In this document: positions 7,079 through 16,409 of the stretch, in pieces | How positions within the stretch are numbered: the first letter of the stretch is position 1 | Layout: each line of letters starts with the position of its first letter | NCBI GenBank assembly: GCA_964541505.1 | Contig: CAZIRG010000001.1 | Coordinates: 1 to 42,643, forward strand | Direction: 5' to 3' | DNA from: an uncultured Syntrophomonadaceae bacterium | GTDB taxonomy: Bacteria; Bacillota; Dethiobacteria; PWVN01 | Length of the DNA: 42,643 nucleotides | Made by a program: the position numbers and the translations under genes | The notes under the pieces: model-generated | Database searches by the model: none | The model's input: the letters and a program-made list of their open reading frames with translations, nothing else | Told to the model about the DNA's origin: nothing

Positions 7079-8296
7079 GTGTCCCTTTTACCTCTACTCC
7101 CAGGCGCCCTTGCCTTGGGACTGGGTCTTGGGCTGGGATTACGAGAAAAGCATCTTATCTCACGCAATTTAGACAGCTTTAAATACAGAGTAAATGTCAC
7201 TGGAACAAGAGGTAAATCTACGGTAGTTCGCCTGCTAACAGCTGCTTTTCTCGAAAGCAAAATCCCAGTTGTCGCTAAAACTACCGGCAGTGAAGCTCGT
7301 ATATTAACTTTTCTGTCAGATAAAAAGAAAAACCTTTATCCTCTGGAATACGAATTTGAACGTCCCTTAGAAGGACCCAATATAAAAGAACTACGTTCGC
7401 TTATAAGTAAGGCTAAATCCGTCAAAGCCACTACTCTGGTTGTTGAAGATATGACCATCGACTCTGATTACCGTGATATTTTTTCTCGTGAATTTTTAAA
7501 GACCAATGTCATTATTATTACTAATGTTTTAAAAGATCATATGGAGGTTTTAGGACCTTCTTTAGACGATGTAGCAGAAGCTTACGGTGCCATTATTCCG
7601 GAAAAAGGGCTGCTAATAACTACTCCAGGTAAATACCTGCCTTATTTTAAAAAGATAGCTGCATATAAAAAAACAAGTGTTGTTGTTTCCCAGGAAACAG
7701 AATTACCTCCTAACTACACTGAAAAGTTTTCCTACCTCTTATTCCCTGAAACTCTATCTTTAGTTTTGCAGGCAGCTCTTTCTCTGGGAATAAGCAAGAA
7801 AACAGCTTTAAAAGGCATGCTTAAAGCTGCTCCTGACCCTGGCGCTTTGCAAGTAAAACAAATTATAGTTAGTAATGGCACTGTTTCTGACGAGAAAGGA
7901 CTACTGGTCAAGGCTTTCGCTGCCAACGACCCCACCTCTGCCTTGCTGGTATGGACATATTTTCAAAATAGCGGTTACCTAAATAAGCAAACTATTGTCT
8001 TGATGAATTGTCGTCAAGATCGGGTAAAGCGAAGTGAAGATTTTGCTCGCTTGGTATTGCCAAAAATGTCAGGGCAAAGCCTGCTGGTTATGGGAGAAAT
8101 AACCAAGCCAGTTCTCGCATTAAAAAACCGTTTTGCTTTTGCCGAGGTTTTAAACCTAGAAGGAGTTTCTGCAAAAAAAATAGCCCAACTAATAAAAGAA
8201 AAGTACTGCCTCAATAATATCTTGTTTGGGACAGGAAATTATTATGGAGTAGCGAAAGAATTATGTCTAGAACTTGAAAAAACAGGGGGTAACTAA
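7079..8296 (+). CDS. capB: Poly-gamma-glutamate synthase CapB/PgsB (Mur-ligase-like amide ligase)
   Basis: It has the P-loop NVTGTRGKST, a length of 405 aa and a position directly before capC. The start is GTG with the SD AGGTGG. Confidence 0.88.
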   Translation: MSLLPLLPGALALGLGLGLGLREKHLISRNLDSFKYRVNVTGTRGKSTVVRLLTAAFLESKIPVVAKTTGSEARILTFLSDKKKNLYPLEYEFERPLEGPNIKELRSLISKAKSVKATTLVVEDMTIDSDYRDIFSREFLKTNVIIITNVLKDHMEVLGPSLDDVAEAYGAIIPEKGLLITTPGKYLPYFKKIAAYKKTSVVVSQETELPPNYTEKFSYLLFPETLSLVLQAALSLGISKKTALKGMLKAAPDPGALQVKQIIVSNGTVSDEKGLLVKAFAANDPTSALLVWTYFQNSGYLNKQTIVLMNCRQDRVKRSEDFARLVLPKMSGQSLLVMGEITKPVLALKNRFAFAEVLNLEGVSAKKIAQLIKEKYCLNNILFGTGNYYGVAKELCLELEKTGGN

Positions 8297-8746
8297 ATGT
8301 ACGGTGGAGAGTTGCTGGTAGCTCTAGTAGTAGGGATAACTTTAAGTATTATTTTTGCTGATCTTTTTGGTATTATTCCTGCCGGTATCATTGTGCCGCC
8401 TTATTTAGCACTGGTTTTTGACCAGCCTACTATTTTAGCCAGTATTTCTCTGCTTTCTTTATTGTCCTTTTTTTTAGTTAAATTTCTAGCTCGCTTTATT
8501 ATTCTCTATGGGAGGCGTAAATTCGGAGCAATGATTCTGGCTGCTTTACTCCTGAATTTGCTCCTGCATTTTCTTTTCCCTCTCCTAGCATCTAATATTT
8601 TTCCTTTACAAGGAGTTGGCATTATTATTCCCGGTCTTATTGCCAACAGTATTGACCGGCAAGGAATAGCTCCAACTTTTTTGAGCATGCTTTTTCTGGG
8701 AGGAGTTACTTATCTGGCACTTCTTCTTTATCTTTTTCTGCTGTAA
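8297..8746 (+). CDS. capC: Poly-gamma-glutamate synthase membrane subunit CapC/PgsC
   Basis: It is a 149-aa polytopic membrane protein, the same length as B. subtilis PgsC, and its start abuts the capB stop. Confidence 0.85.
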   Translation: MYGGELLVALVVGITLSIIFADLFGIIPAGIIVPPYLALVFDQPTILASISLLSLLSFFLVKFLARFIILYGRRKFGAMILAALLLNLLLHFLFPLLASNIFPLQGVGIIIPGLIANSIDRQGIAPTFLSMLFLGGVTYLALLLYLFLL

Positions 8747-8753
8747 CCCCCCA

Positions 8754-8771
8754 AAGGGGACTTTTCCCCTT
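8754..8771 (+). other. Hairpin AAGGGGA-CTTT-TCCCCTT between capC and the capA-like/GGT fusion gene, with no U-tract
   Basis: A 7-bp perfect stem with a 4-nt loop, read directly from the sequence. The same AAGGGGA/TCCCCTT arms recur at 38896-38938. Confidence 0.5.
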
Positions 8772-8828
8772 CTCTCTGAAAAGAGCTTAGGAAGGGTCAT
8801 TTTTTAAGAAAACACTGGGGGTGTAGAG

Positions 8829-11390
8829 TTGAAATTTTTTAAAATATGTCTTGTTGTAATTTTCATGTGTTTAACAGCAACAACCCTTTTCTACTTTTTT
8901 TATATTTCACACCATACACACAACCAATTAGAAATTACAGATAAACCACTAGTTCAAGCAGTTATCTTCGGCAAAATCTCCAGAAATGATACCCTTATAA
9001 CTCGTTGGCTAAAAAATTCTAATTTCTCAACTTTATCCCAACTACCTTCTATTAGCAAAGAAATAGTTTCATTAGCTCATTATGAAAACTCTTTTCCTTC
9101 TGCCCGAGAAACAAAAATTTTACAAAAAACAGGACTTTCACTTGTTACTCTTCCTTTTATACCCTTTGAAGATCTACCATATATAGTTGAAGAAAAAATC
9201 ACTGACAAAGTCGAGTTGCAAAGAGATTTAGCAGTTTTGACTTTATGCAAAAAAGAAAACACCCTCCTTTTAAATCTTCCTTTGGACATTTCTTTACAAG
9301 AACTAATAGAAACTATAGCTACCTACAAAGAAACAGCAACACCTCAACTTTTAATCATAAAATTCACTCCCACCGCTCAAACCGACAACGAGAACGAAGA
9401 AAATATTTTTTCCACTAAAGCAAAAGCAGCTGCGGAAGCAGGTGCTCATATAATTATAGGAACCCATACGGCAAACTTGCTACCGCTGGAAGTATATGCA
9501 GATAGCTTGATTATCCCTAGTCTTGACTTTTCCCTAGGAGGAAATAACACTGAAAGTGCTTTTATTCTTTTTACTCTTTATGAAAAAGGCATCACTGTAG
9601 AAGTTCACCCTCTCCGCCTTGCAAACGGACTCCCTCAATCTCTGCATTTACCTTGGCACTATTTTCAAAGCAAACAAATTTTGCAACAAATAGCACCGGC
9701 AAAAGAAGGCTTTCAACCAAAAAGATTTAAATCTGTCTATATTTCCTCCTCCCTTCTACCCCTGCCCGAACCTGTAGAACTAACGGAACCTCTCCTCGAC
9801 CCCATAGAAACACCTCTGGAGAGTGAAAAAAAGCAGGCAGAAAACAACGAAGGAAGATTTGGCGTAGCCGCGGGACATCCTTTGGCTGTAGAAGTAGGAA
9901 TGGAAATACTTCGTGCCGGGGGAAATGCCATAGATGCAGCTGTTGCTGTTTCCTACGCCTTAGCGGTAGTTGAACCGCATGCGTCAGGTTTGGGTGGCGG
10001 TGGCATAATGCTCTTACATCTGGCAGCAGAAAATAAACAAATAGTTATCGATTACCGCGAAACCGCTCCTTTCACTATGGAGCAAGATGAAATCGGAAAA
10101 ATAATGAACTGGCCCAGCACTGGTATTCCGGGTTTTGTAAGAGGCATGGAAAAAGCTTTGGAAAAACATGGCACTATGTCACGTCAGGATGTTTTAACCC
10201 CTGCCCTAAATTTAGCCCGGGATGGTTTTCCTATGTCTGCAGAACTGCATACTAGGGTCAGGCAAAATTCCGGCAAGTTGGCTCGTAGCCAAGAAGCACT
10301 AACTAATTTTTTTCGACGAGGCTGGGCTACTCCTGTAGGTGAAATCATAAAACAACCTGTTTTAGCTCGCACTTTAGAAGCTATTATAAAGGAAGGAAGT
10401 AAAGTTTTCTATGAAGGATATATTGCTGATAGTATTATAAAAGTACTAGCACAGCAAGGAATGCATCTCTCTGCTAACGATTTGGCCAGATACCGGGCTA
10501 TACTTAGAGAGCCTATACAAGGAAATTATCGTGGCTATACTGTACTTACCGTCCCTCCTCCTACCGGCGGCTTCAACCTTTTACAGCAACTAAAAATTTT
10601 GGAGCATTATGACCTAGGAACTTATCAGCAACCAACACCGGAGATATACCATCTTATCCAACAAACAATAAGAGCTGTTTACAGCGACCGCCTCAGTCAT
10701 GTAGGTGATCCTAGATTTGTTTATGTACCCCTAGAGGAACTGCTAAGCGAAGAACATATCCTAGGGAAAATAGACCTAATTGAAAGTGGCGATATACCTA
10801 TGCCCATGTACAGAGATCCTTATCGTCCCTCTGATAACACTACCCATATAGTAGTCCTAGATTCTGCAGGAAACTGGGTCAGTGTAACCAATACTATCAG
10901 CTTTTTCTTTGGTTATGGTCTGCAGGCAGAAGGTTTTTTCCTAAATACCCAACTCAAAAATTTTAGTTCCAACCCCCGTTCCCCCAATTCGTTTCAACCG
11001 GGGAAAAGACCTTTCAGCCATATCAGCCCTACCTTGCTTTTCAAAGATGGTACACCCTTTATGGCACTAGGCACTCCCGGAGGCAGGCGTATTCCTGCTT
11101 ATTTAGCTCAAGTAATAGTGCAATATGTAGATTTTGATGCCAACATTGAGGAAGCCGTAGCAGCTCCTCGCTTCTGGCCAGAAGGCAGAAAACTTTATCT
11201 GGAAAAAGGAATTCCAGATAGAGCCATCTCGTTTTTACTGGAACAAGGTTACCAAATAATAAAACGCAATCCTTCTTTTTTCTTTGGCAGAATCGCTGCT
11301 CTTCATCTGGATTTAGAAACCAACAAACTCACTGGTACAGGTGACCCTCTACGCGGCGAGGGAACCACTTCCCTTGTAGGTGAGCGGTGA
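8829..11390 (+). CDS. Fusion protein with an N-terminal TM helix, a degenerate CapA-like domain, a Pro/Glu-rich linker and a gamma-glutamyltranspeptidase (CapD/GGT) domain
   Basis: The N-terminal part contains AGAHIIIGTHTANLLPLEVY...SLDFSLGGN, which matches the CapA block GADIIVGHHPHVLEPIEVY...SLGNF with the histidines lost. From about 9855 the GGT blocks appear: GHPLAVEVGMEILRAGGNAIDAAVAV, the autoprocessing and nucleophile site DNTTHIVVLD, and GTPGGRRI. Confidence 0.85.
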   Translation: MKFFKICLVVIFMCLTATTLFYFFYISHHTHNQLEITDKPLVQAVIFGKISRNDTLITRWLKNSNFSTLSQLPSISKEIVSLAHYENSFPSARETKILQKTGLSLVTLPFIPFEDLPYIVEEKITDKVELQRDLAVLTLCKKENTLLLNLPLDISLQELIETIATYKETATPQLLIIKFTPTAQTDNENEENIFSTKAKAAAEAGAHIIIGTHTANLLPLEVYADSLIIPSLDFSLGGNNTESAFILFTLYEKGITVEVHPLRLANGLPQSLHLPWHYFQSKQILQQIAPAKEGFQPKRFKSVYISSSLLPLPEPVELTEPLLDPIETPLESEKKQAENNEGRFGVAAGHPLAVEVGMEILRAGGNAIDAAVAVSYALAVVEPHASGLGGGGIMLLHLAAENKQIVIDYRETAPFTMEQDEIGKIMNWPSTGIPGFVRGMEKALEKHGTMSRQDVLTPALNLARDGFPMSAELHTRVRQNSGKLARSQEALTNFFRRGWATPVGEIIKQPVLARTLEAIIKEGSKVFYEGYIADSIIKVLAQQGMHLSANDLARYRAILREPIQGNYRGYTVLTVPPPTGGFNLLQQLKILEHYDLGTYQQPTPEIYHLIQQTIRAVYSDRLSHVGDPRFVYVPLEELLSEEHILGKIDLIESGDIPMPMYRDPYRPSDNTTHIVVLDSAGNWVSVTNTISFFFGYGLQAEGFFLNTQLKNFSSNPRSPNSFQPGKRPFSHISPTLLFKDGTPFMALGTPGGRRIPAYLAQVIVQYVDFDANIEEAVAAPRFWPEGRKLYLEKGIPDRAISFLLEQGYQIIKRNPSFFFGRIAALHLDLETNKLTGTGDPLRGEGTTSLVGER

Positions 11391-11412
11391 GAAATATGCT
11401 GTTTCATTTATC

Positions 11413-11496
11413 GTAACTACTCAGGTCTATTGAGCTGTTTTTAAAATTATCTCATACGTTGCTCTCAAGTTGCTGCAGCAAATACCAAAGAGAGCA
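11413..11496 (-). mobile_element. Truncated family A MITE copy in inverted orientation relative to copies 1-53 and 22117-22262
   Basis: The TIR GTAACTACTCAG is at 11413-11424. The next ~70 nt are near-identical to the reverse complement of 22181-22262, and similarity is lost after AATACCAAAG.GAGCA. Confidence 0.7.
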
Positions 11497-11505
11497 TTGA
11501 TTTTA

Positions 11506-12180
11506 TTAATCAGAAGGAGCGGAAAATCTTGAGGATAGCAGTTTAAATGCTTTGACAACATCGCTGGCACCAAAAACGGCAGAGCCAGCTACCAGTACAG
11601 TAGCACCAGCTTTCGCAACTTCGGCTGCATTCTCTCGGTTTATACCTCCATCTACTTGTATTTCCAAAGACAAGTTCCTTTTTTCTCTTAATAAGGATAA
11701 CTGCTTTATTTTCGGCAATACTTGGGGAATAAATGCCTGACCACCAAACCCAGGGTTGACAGACATTAGAAGCACCAGATCCAGTTCTTCCAGCACATAG
11801 TCCAGCACAGCAAGAGGTGTCGCTGGGTTCAAAGCCACCCCGACCTGTATTTCAAATTCTTTTATCGCTTGAATTGTCCTATGTAGATGAATACAAGCCT
11901 CGGCATGTACGCAGATAAGATCTGCCCCGGCTGCTGCAAAATCTGCCAGAAAAAAATCTGGGTTTTCAATCATCAGGTGAACATCAAGAAAAAGAGAGGT
12001 TCTTTTTTTGATAGCACTGACTACAGCAGGACCCCAAGTTATGTTGGGCACAAAATGCCCATCCATAACATCAATATGAAGCCAAGAAGCACCTGCTTTT
12101 TCTACTTTTCTGATTTCTTCACCTAGATAAAAAAAATCCGCTGCCAGCAGAGACGGTGCAATGTTGATCGTCAATATCAA
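11506..12180 (-). CDS. rpe: Ribulose-phosphate 3-epimerase
   Basis: The blocks IAPSLLAADF, HIDVMDGHFVPN and VDGG are present. TTG 12180 overlaps the rsgA stop, and an alternative TTG at 12174 has better SD spacing. Confidence 0.9.
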   Translation of the reverse strand: MILTINIAPSLLAADFFYLGEEIRKVEKAGASWLHIDVMDGHFVPNITWGPAVVSAIKKRTSLFLDVHLMIENPDFFLADFAAAGADLICVHAEACIHLHRTIQAIKEFEIQVGVALNPATPLAVLDYVLEELDLVLLMSVNPGFGGQAFIPQVLPKIKQLSLLREKRNLSLEIQVDGGINRENAAEVAKAGATVLVAGSAVFGASDVVKAFKLLSSRFSAPSD

Positions 12181-13064
12181 TAACTCCTTTCCATCTCTTG
12201 TATCTCTTTCAAGATTTGCAAATAATTCTTGTAACGACTGGCTGCAAGCTCTTTTGTACCTGTTTTTTCTCTAACCACGCATCCAGGTTCACTTAGATGA
12301 AGACACTTATTAAACCTGCAGCTAGCAGCAAGCTTGGCAATTTCAGGGAAAAAAAAAGTCAGCTCACTAGAAAGAACTCCTTTCAAAAGCAACTGGCTGA
12401 AGCCAGGAGTATCCGCTACCAGTCCACCACACTCCAGGGGAATCAGTGCTACTTGCCTGGTTGTATGTCGCCCTTTTTTCATTTTTTTGCTTACCAGTCC
12501 TGTTTTAAGTTGCAATCCCGGGAGTAATCTGTTCAACAGGGCAGACTTTCCCGCCCCAGAGGGACCGGCAACGACAGATATCTTTCCTTCCAAAAAGGGC
12601 TTAACTTCTGCTACTCTATCGTTCTGTAAAACACTCATCGTAATAACCTTGTATCCTATATGCTCATAAATAGCCACAATATCCTTAATATCCTGCGCAT
12701 CTGCCGTAGTAACAAGATCTGTTTTATTTAAACACAGCAAAATAGTTAAATAATTTGCCTCTGCTAAAACCAATAACCTGTCCAGTAGAGTCAAGCTTAG
12801 CGGAGGATTTTTAAGCGAAAACAAAATAACAGCTTGTTCTACATTGGCAATGGGGGGTCTGTACAATTCTGTCTGGCGAGGTAATTTTTTTTCAATCATC
12901 TTTTCTGCAAGATTAATTTCAACCCTGTCACCAGCTAAAAACTGCACCCCTTCATTCTTAAAACGTCCCCTAGCCTGGCAGAGAATAGTCGTATCTTTAT
13001 TTAAGTAAACACTAAAAAATCCACCGCCTACTTTTAAGATCAAACCTGACTCCAGCTTTTGCAC
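12177..13064 (-). CDS. rsgA: Ribosome small-subunit-dependent GTPase A
   Basis: It has the circularly permuted GTPase order NKTDL ... GPSGAGKSALLN and the C-terminal zinc knuckle CRFNKCLHLSEPGC. Confidence 0.9.
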   Translation of the reverse strand: MQKLESGLILKVGGGFFSVYLNKDTTILCQARGRFKNEGVQFLAGDRVEINLAEKMIEKKLPRQTELYRPPIANVEQAVILFSLKNPPLSLTLLDRLLVLAEANYLTILLCLNKTDLVTTADAQDIKDIVAIYEHIGYKVITMSVLQNDRVAEVKPFLEGKISVVAGPSGAGKSALLNRLLPGLQLKTGLVSKKMKKGRHTTRQVALIPLECGGLVADTPGFSQLLLKGVLSSELTFFFPEIAKLAASCRFNKCLHLSEPGCVVREKTGTKELAASRYKNYLQILKEIQEMERSY

Positions 13065-13072
13065 ACACCTTT

Positions 13073-14911
13073 CTATTCGGGAAACTCTTTGTGAGCTAAA
13101 ATTTCTTCATTATATATAACTGTTACCTGACCTCTATCATACCCTTCTACGACAATTGGGTTACCCCAATACTCTACTGTCTCTTTCCGCTCACCTCGGA
13201 TATCCGTGATGATTATCTCTACTTTTTCACCCAAAGGTACTCGTTCGGAAGGAATATTAACAGTTATACGATATTTTTTTACGCTGTCCAGATCAGGACC
13301 TATACTAAACGTCAGATCAAGTAAATCACCTTTATACAATGTTTCTCCCGGCTCCGGGAATTGATCAATAACCTGACCTACTGGAGCAAGGTCATTTAAT
13401 TCTGTTACATGACCTAATTTTAAATTGTTGTCAGCAAGCCATTTTTCTGCTTCTTGACGAGTTAAACCACGTAAATCTGCTATTTCTACAGGCTCTGTCC
13501 CCTTGCTAACTACAATAACTACCAAATCACCTTTCATAAGGCGAGAACCTTCTCCTGGACGCTGGCTGATAATCCGTCCGGCATCCACTTCATCACTGAA
13601 AATCTCCTCTTTTTCTACCTCAAAACCAGCCGCCTGCAAGGAAATCCGTGCCTCTATCTCCAACTTTTCCAGAACACCCGGAACTTTAATAAAAGCAGGT
13701 CCGGTACTTAAGATAAACTCTATTTTTCTGACCTGTTGCACCATTCTGCCGGCAAGAGGATTTTGGGAAACAACATAACCAGTAGGAATATCCGAAGACG
13801 AGGCCTGACCAACTACTTCAAAATCAAGACCAACTTCCCGCAATCTGTCAACGGCCTGCTGCAAAGGAAGACCTTCAACTTCAGGCACAGCCACTTCTGG
13901 GGTTGAAAAAAAGTCAGACACCCAGGTATACCCTGCAAAAATTAAACCAGCGAGAAAAACAATAGCAACAAAAACTGCGATCAAGCGAAGCTTGCGTTTA
14001 TTTTTTTTCTGCCGGGAAGAGTTATTATTCCTAGGACGCTGACCATTACTGGCTCTACCATTATATTTATTAGTATAGGAGAAATTCATTTTTAGATGCT
14101 CCTCCAATATCTTCAAATCCTCTTTCAAATCTTTTGCTGTTCTATAACGATCTGCTGGATTTTTTTCTACTGCTTGCATAATTATCTCTTCCAGCTCTAA
14201 AGAAACTTCCGTATTCATTTCTGCCGGGAAAGGAACGTTCTCCTGTATATGTTTCAAAGCTACAGCGACCATATTTTCTCCCGAAAAGGGCACTGTCCCT
14301 GTTAGCATTTCATAGAGCACAATACCCAACGAATAGATATCCGATCTCTCTTCCGCCGGCTTCCCACTGGCCTGTTCGGGAGAAAGATAATGCACAGAAC
14401 CGATAATTGTGCTGGTATAAGTTATAGTTGTGGTTGTAATCCCCCTAGCTATACCAAAATCAGCAACTTTTACCCTCCCTTCGGGAGTTATGAGAATATT
14501 ATGAGGCTTTATATCTCTATGCACGGTATTATGTTTATGTGCTTCTTCTAAGGCCTCACATATCTGAATAGCAATGGAAATCACTTGGGAAGGGGGCAAA
14601 GTTCCTTTTTTAAGAATAAGATCTTTTAGAGTCTGACCGTCAATATATTCCATGACAATATAGTAAAGATTATTTTCTTGACCGACGTCATAAACATTTA
14701 CTATATTGGGGTGGGAAAGATTAGCAGCAGAGAGAGCTTCTCTGCGAAAACTACGTACCAGGTTATTGTCTCCAGTCAGATTTTCTCTGAGAATCTTTAC
14801 AGCTACCGTCCGACCAAGAAGAGTATCCGCTCCTTTATATACTACCGCCATTCCACCTTCACCTATTTTTTCTTGTAGGCGGTACCTTTCTCCCAGTATT
14901 TTACCTATCAT
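13073..14911 (-). CDS. pknB: Ser/Thr protein kinase with a TM helix and three PASTA repeats (PknB/PrkC type)
   Basis: Kinase blocks GEGGMAVVYKG, HRDIKPHNIL and DFGIA are present, followed by a TM helix (LIAVFVAIVFLAGLIF) and repeated PASTA-like units. Confidence 0.9.
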   Translation of the reverse strand: MIGKILGERYRLQEKIGEGGMAVVYKGADTLLGRTVAVKILRENLTGDNNLVRSFRREALSAANLSHPNIVNVYDVGQENNLYYIVMEYIDGQTLKDLILKKGTLPPSQVISIAIQICEALEEAHKHNTVHRDIKPHNILITPEGRVKVADFGIARGITTTTITYTSTIIGSVHYLSPEQASGKPAEERSDIYSLGIVLYEMLTGTVPFSGENMVAVALKHIQENVPFPAEMNTEVSLELEEIIMQAVEKNPADRYRTAKDLKEDLKILEEHLKMNFSYTNKYNGRASNGQRPRNNNSSRQKKNKRKLRLIAVFVAIVFLAGLIFAGYTWVSDFFSTPEVAVPEVEGLPLQQAVDRLREVGLDFEVVGQASSSDIPTGYVVSQNPLAGRMVQQVRKIEFILSTGPAFIKVPGVLEKLEIEARISLQAAGFEVEKEEIFSDEVDAGRIISQRPGEGSRLMKGDLVVIVVSKGTEPVEIADLRGLTRQEAEKWLADNNLKLGHVTELNDLAPVGQVIDQFPEPGETLYKGDLLDLTFSIGPDLDSVKKYRITVNIPSERVPLGEKVEIIITDIRGERKETVEYWGNPIVVEGYDRGQVTVIYNEEILAHKEFPE

Positions 14912-14930
14912 TCATGTCACCTCATAGCCT

Positions 14931-15677
14931 TTATGAAACAGAATTCTGAATCAAAACTACAGTAATATTGTCATGGCCACCCCTATCGTTGGCTGTTGCT
15001 ATCAGATCTTGTATAACTTTTTCTTTACAGGAAACATCTTTAGCTGTTCTAAAAATTTCTTCTTCAGAAAGCAGGTTGGTCAACCCGTCAGTGCAGAGAA
15101 GTAAGGTTTCTCCTAGTTTTAGAGTACCTTTGTAAAAATCAGGTTCGATATGTGGTTCTGTGCCCAGCGCTTTTGTCAAAATATTTCTTTTCGGGTGTGA
15201 GTGCATATCTTGTTTACTAATCTGACCGTTATCCATCATCTCTTTTACCAAAGAATGGTCTCGTGTTAATTGTATAATTCCATCTGGTTTTATTAGATAA
15301 CCCCTACTATCTCCTATCTGCCCTATACAGTATTCTTCCCCAAAAAACAATGCTGCCGTCAGTGTCGTTCCCATTCCCTGCTGCTCCTTTTGACGTAAGG
15401 AAGCTTCCCAGATAAGTGAATTGGCTTTAGCTATCATCCCAGCAAGTGAAACCTGCAGGCTTTTATTTTCAGGCAAATATTCTAAAGTAGCATATTCTTC
15501 TAAGAAATCTCTTTTCATAGAAGTAACAGCCATTTTACTAGCTACTTCACCGGCAGCATGTCCACCCATGCCATCAGCAACCATAAAAAAACAGCAAAGA
15601 GCAGAGGCAAGCATTAAAAAAGAATCCTCATTAATGCTTCTCGCTCTGCCTTTATCTGTTTTACCGTAGTAATACAT
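14931..15677 (-). CDS. stp: PP2C-family Ser/Thr phosphatase (Stp/PrpC)
   Basis: The blocks TDKGRARSINEDSF, ADGMGGHAAGEVAS and GGHDNITVV are present. ATG 15677 is preferred, and an alternative in-frame TTG at 15698 abuts the upstream stop. Confidence 0.88.
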   Translation of the reverse strand: MYYYGKTDKGRARSINEDSFLMLASALCCFFMVADGMGGHAAGEVASKMAVTSMKRDFLEEYATLEYLPENKSLQVSLAGMIAKANSLIWEASLRQKEQQGMGTTLTAALFFGEEYCIGQIGDSRGYLIKPDGIIQLTRDHSLVKEMMDNGQISKQDMHSHPKRNILTKALGTEPHIEPDFYKGTLKLGETLLLCTDGLTNLLSEEEIFRTAKDVSCKEKVIQDLIATANDRGGHDNITVVLIQNSVS

Positions 15678-15698
15678 AAAACTTTCAGCTCCAGTCAA

Positions 15699-16409
15699 TC
15701 AGTCTCTGCGACCTCTGATTAAAAGCATCCTCAAAAGCTGTGCGAGTGCAGCTGCCATGGCAGCAACGTAAGTAAGGGCAGCAGCATTAAGAACCTGGCG
15801 TACCCCTCCTGCTTCACTCTGTTGAAGAAAACCTCCTCCCTCCAATAAAGCCACAGCCCGACTAGAAGCATTTAATTCAACAGGTAAGGTAGCAATCTGA
15901 AAAAGAACAGCAAAAAAATAAAGAATTATACCAATATCCATCATGGTTCCCCCTACACCAGAGAAAAAAAAGCCCATAAAAAACAACGGCATAGCTAGGC
16001 GAGAACCAAGACTGGCCACAGGAAACAGGTTGTTTCTGAACATTAAAAAAAAGTAGCCTTGTGCATCCTGCATGGCGTGACCCGTTTCGTGCGCAGCTAT
16101 ACCAAGAGCAGCAATAGAAGGAGTATTATAAACTTCTGGAGAAAGACGTATTACTTTCTTACGAGGATCGTAATGGTCGTCTAAAACCCCTCGGGTCATT
16201 TCAACGGACACTTCATGGATCCCAGCTTGGTCTAAAAGACGCCGGGCAACATTTGCTCCCGTCATATTACCTTTTGTTCGTATACGAGAAAATTTGTGGT
16301 AAGTTTTCTTTACTTTGTTCTGAGCATAAAAAACAAAAATAAATACTGGTATCATCAGAAATATCGTACTGTCAAAAAAAGTTCCCAGAAAAAAAGAACC
16401 TGGTATCAT
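15699..16409 (-). CDS. Putative neutral zinc metallopeptidase (YugP-like membrane protein)
   Basis: It has the HExxH motif AAHETGHAMQ and flanking TM helices. Its start overlaps the DUF116 stop by 4 nt. Confidence 0.8.
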   Translation of the reverse strand: MIPGSFFLGTFFDSTIFLMIPVFIFVFYAQNKVKKTYHKFSRIRTKGNMTGANVARRLLDQAGIHEVSVEMTRGVLDDHYDPRKKVIRLSPEVYNTPSIAALGIAAHETGHAMQDAQGYFFLMFRNNLFPVASLGSRLAMPLFFMGFFFSGVGGTMMDIGIILYFFAVLFQIATLPVELNASSRAVALLEGGGFLQQSEAGGVRQVLNAAALTYVAAMAAALAQLLRMLLIRGRRD

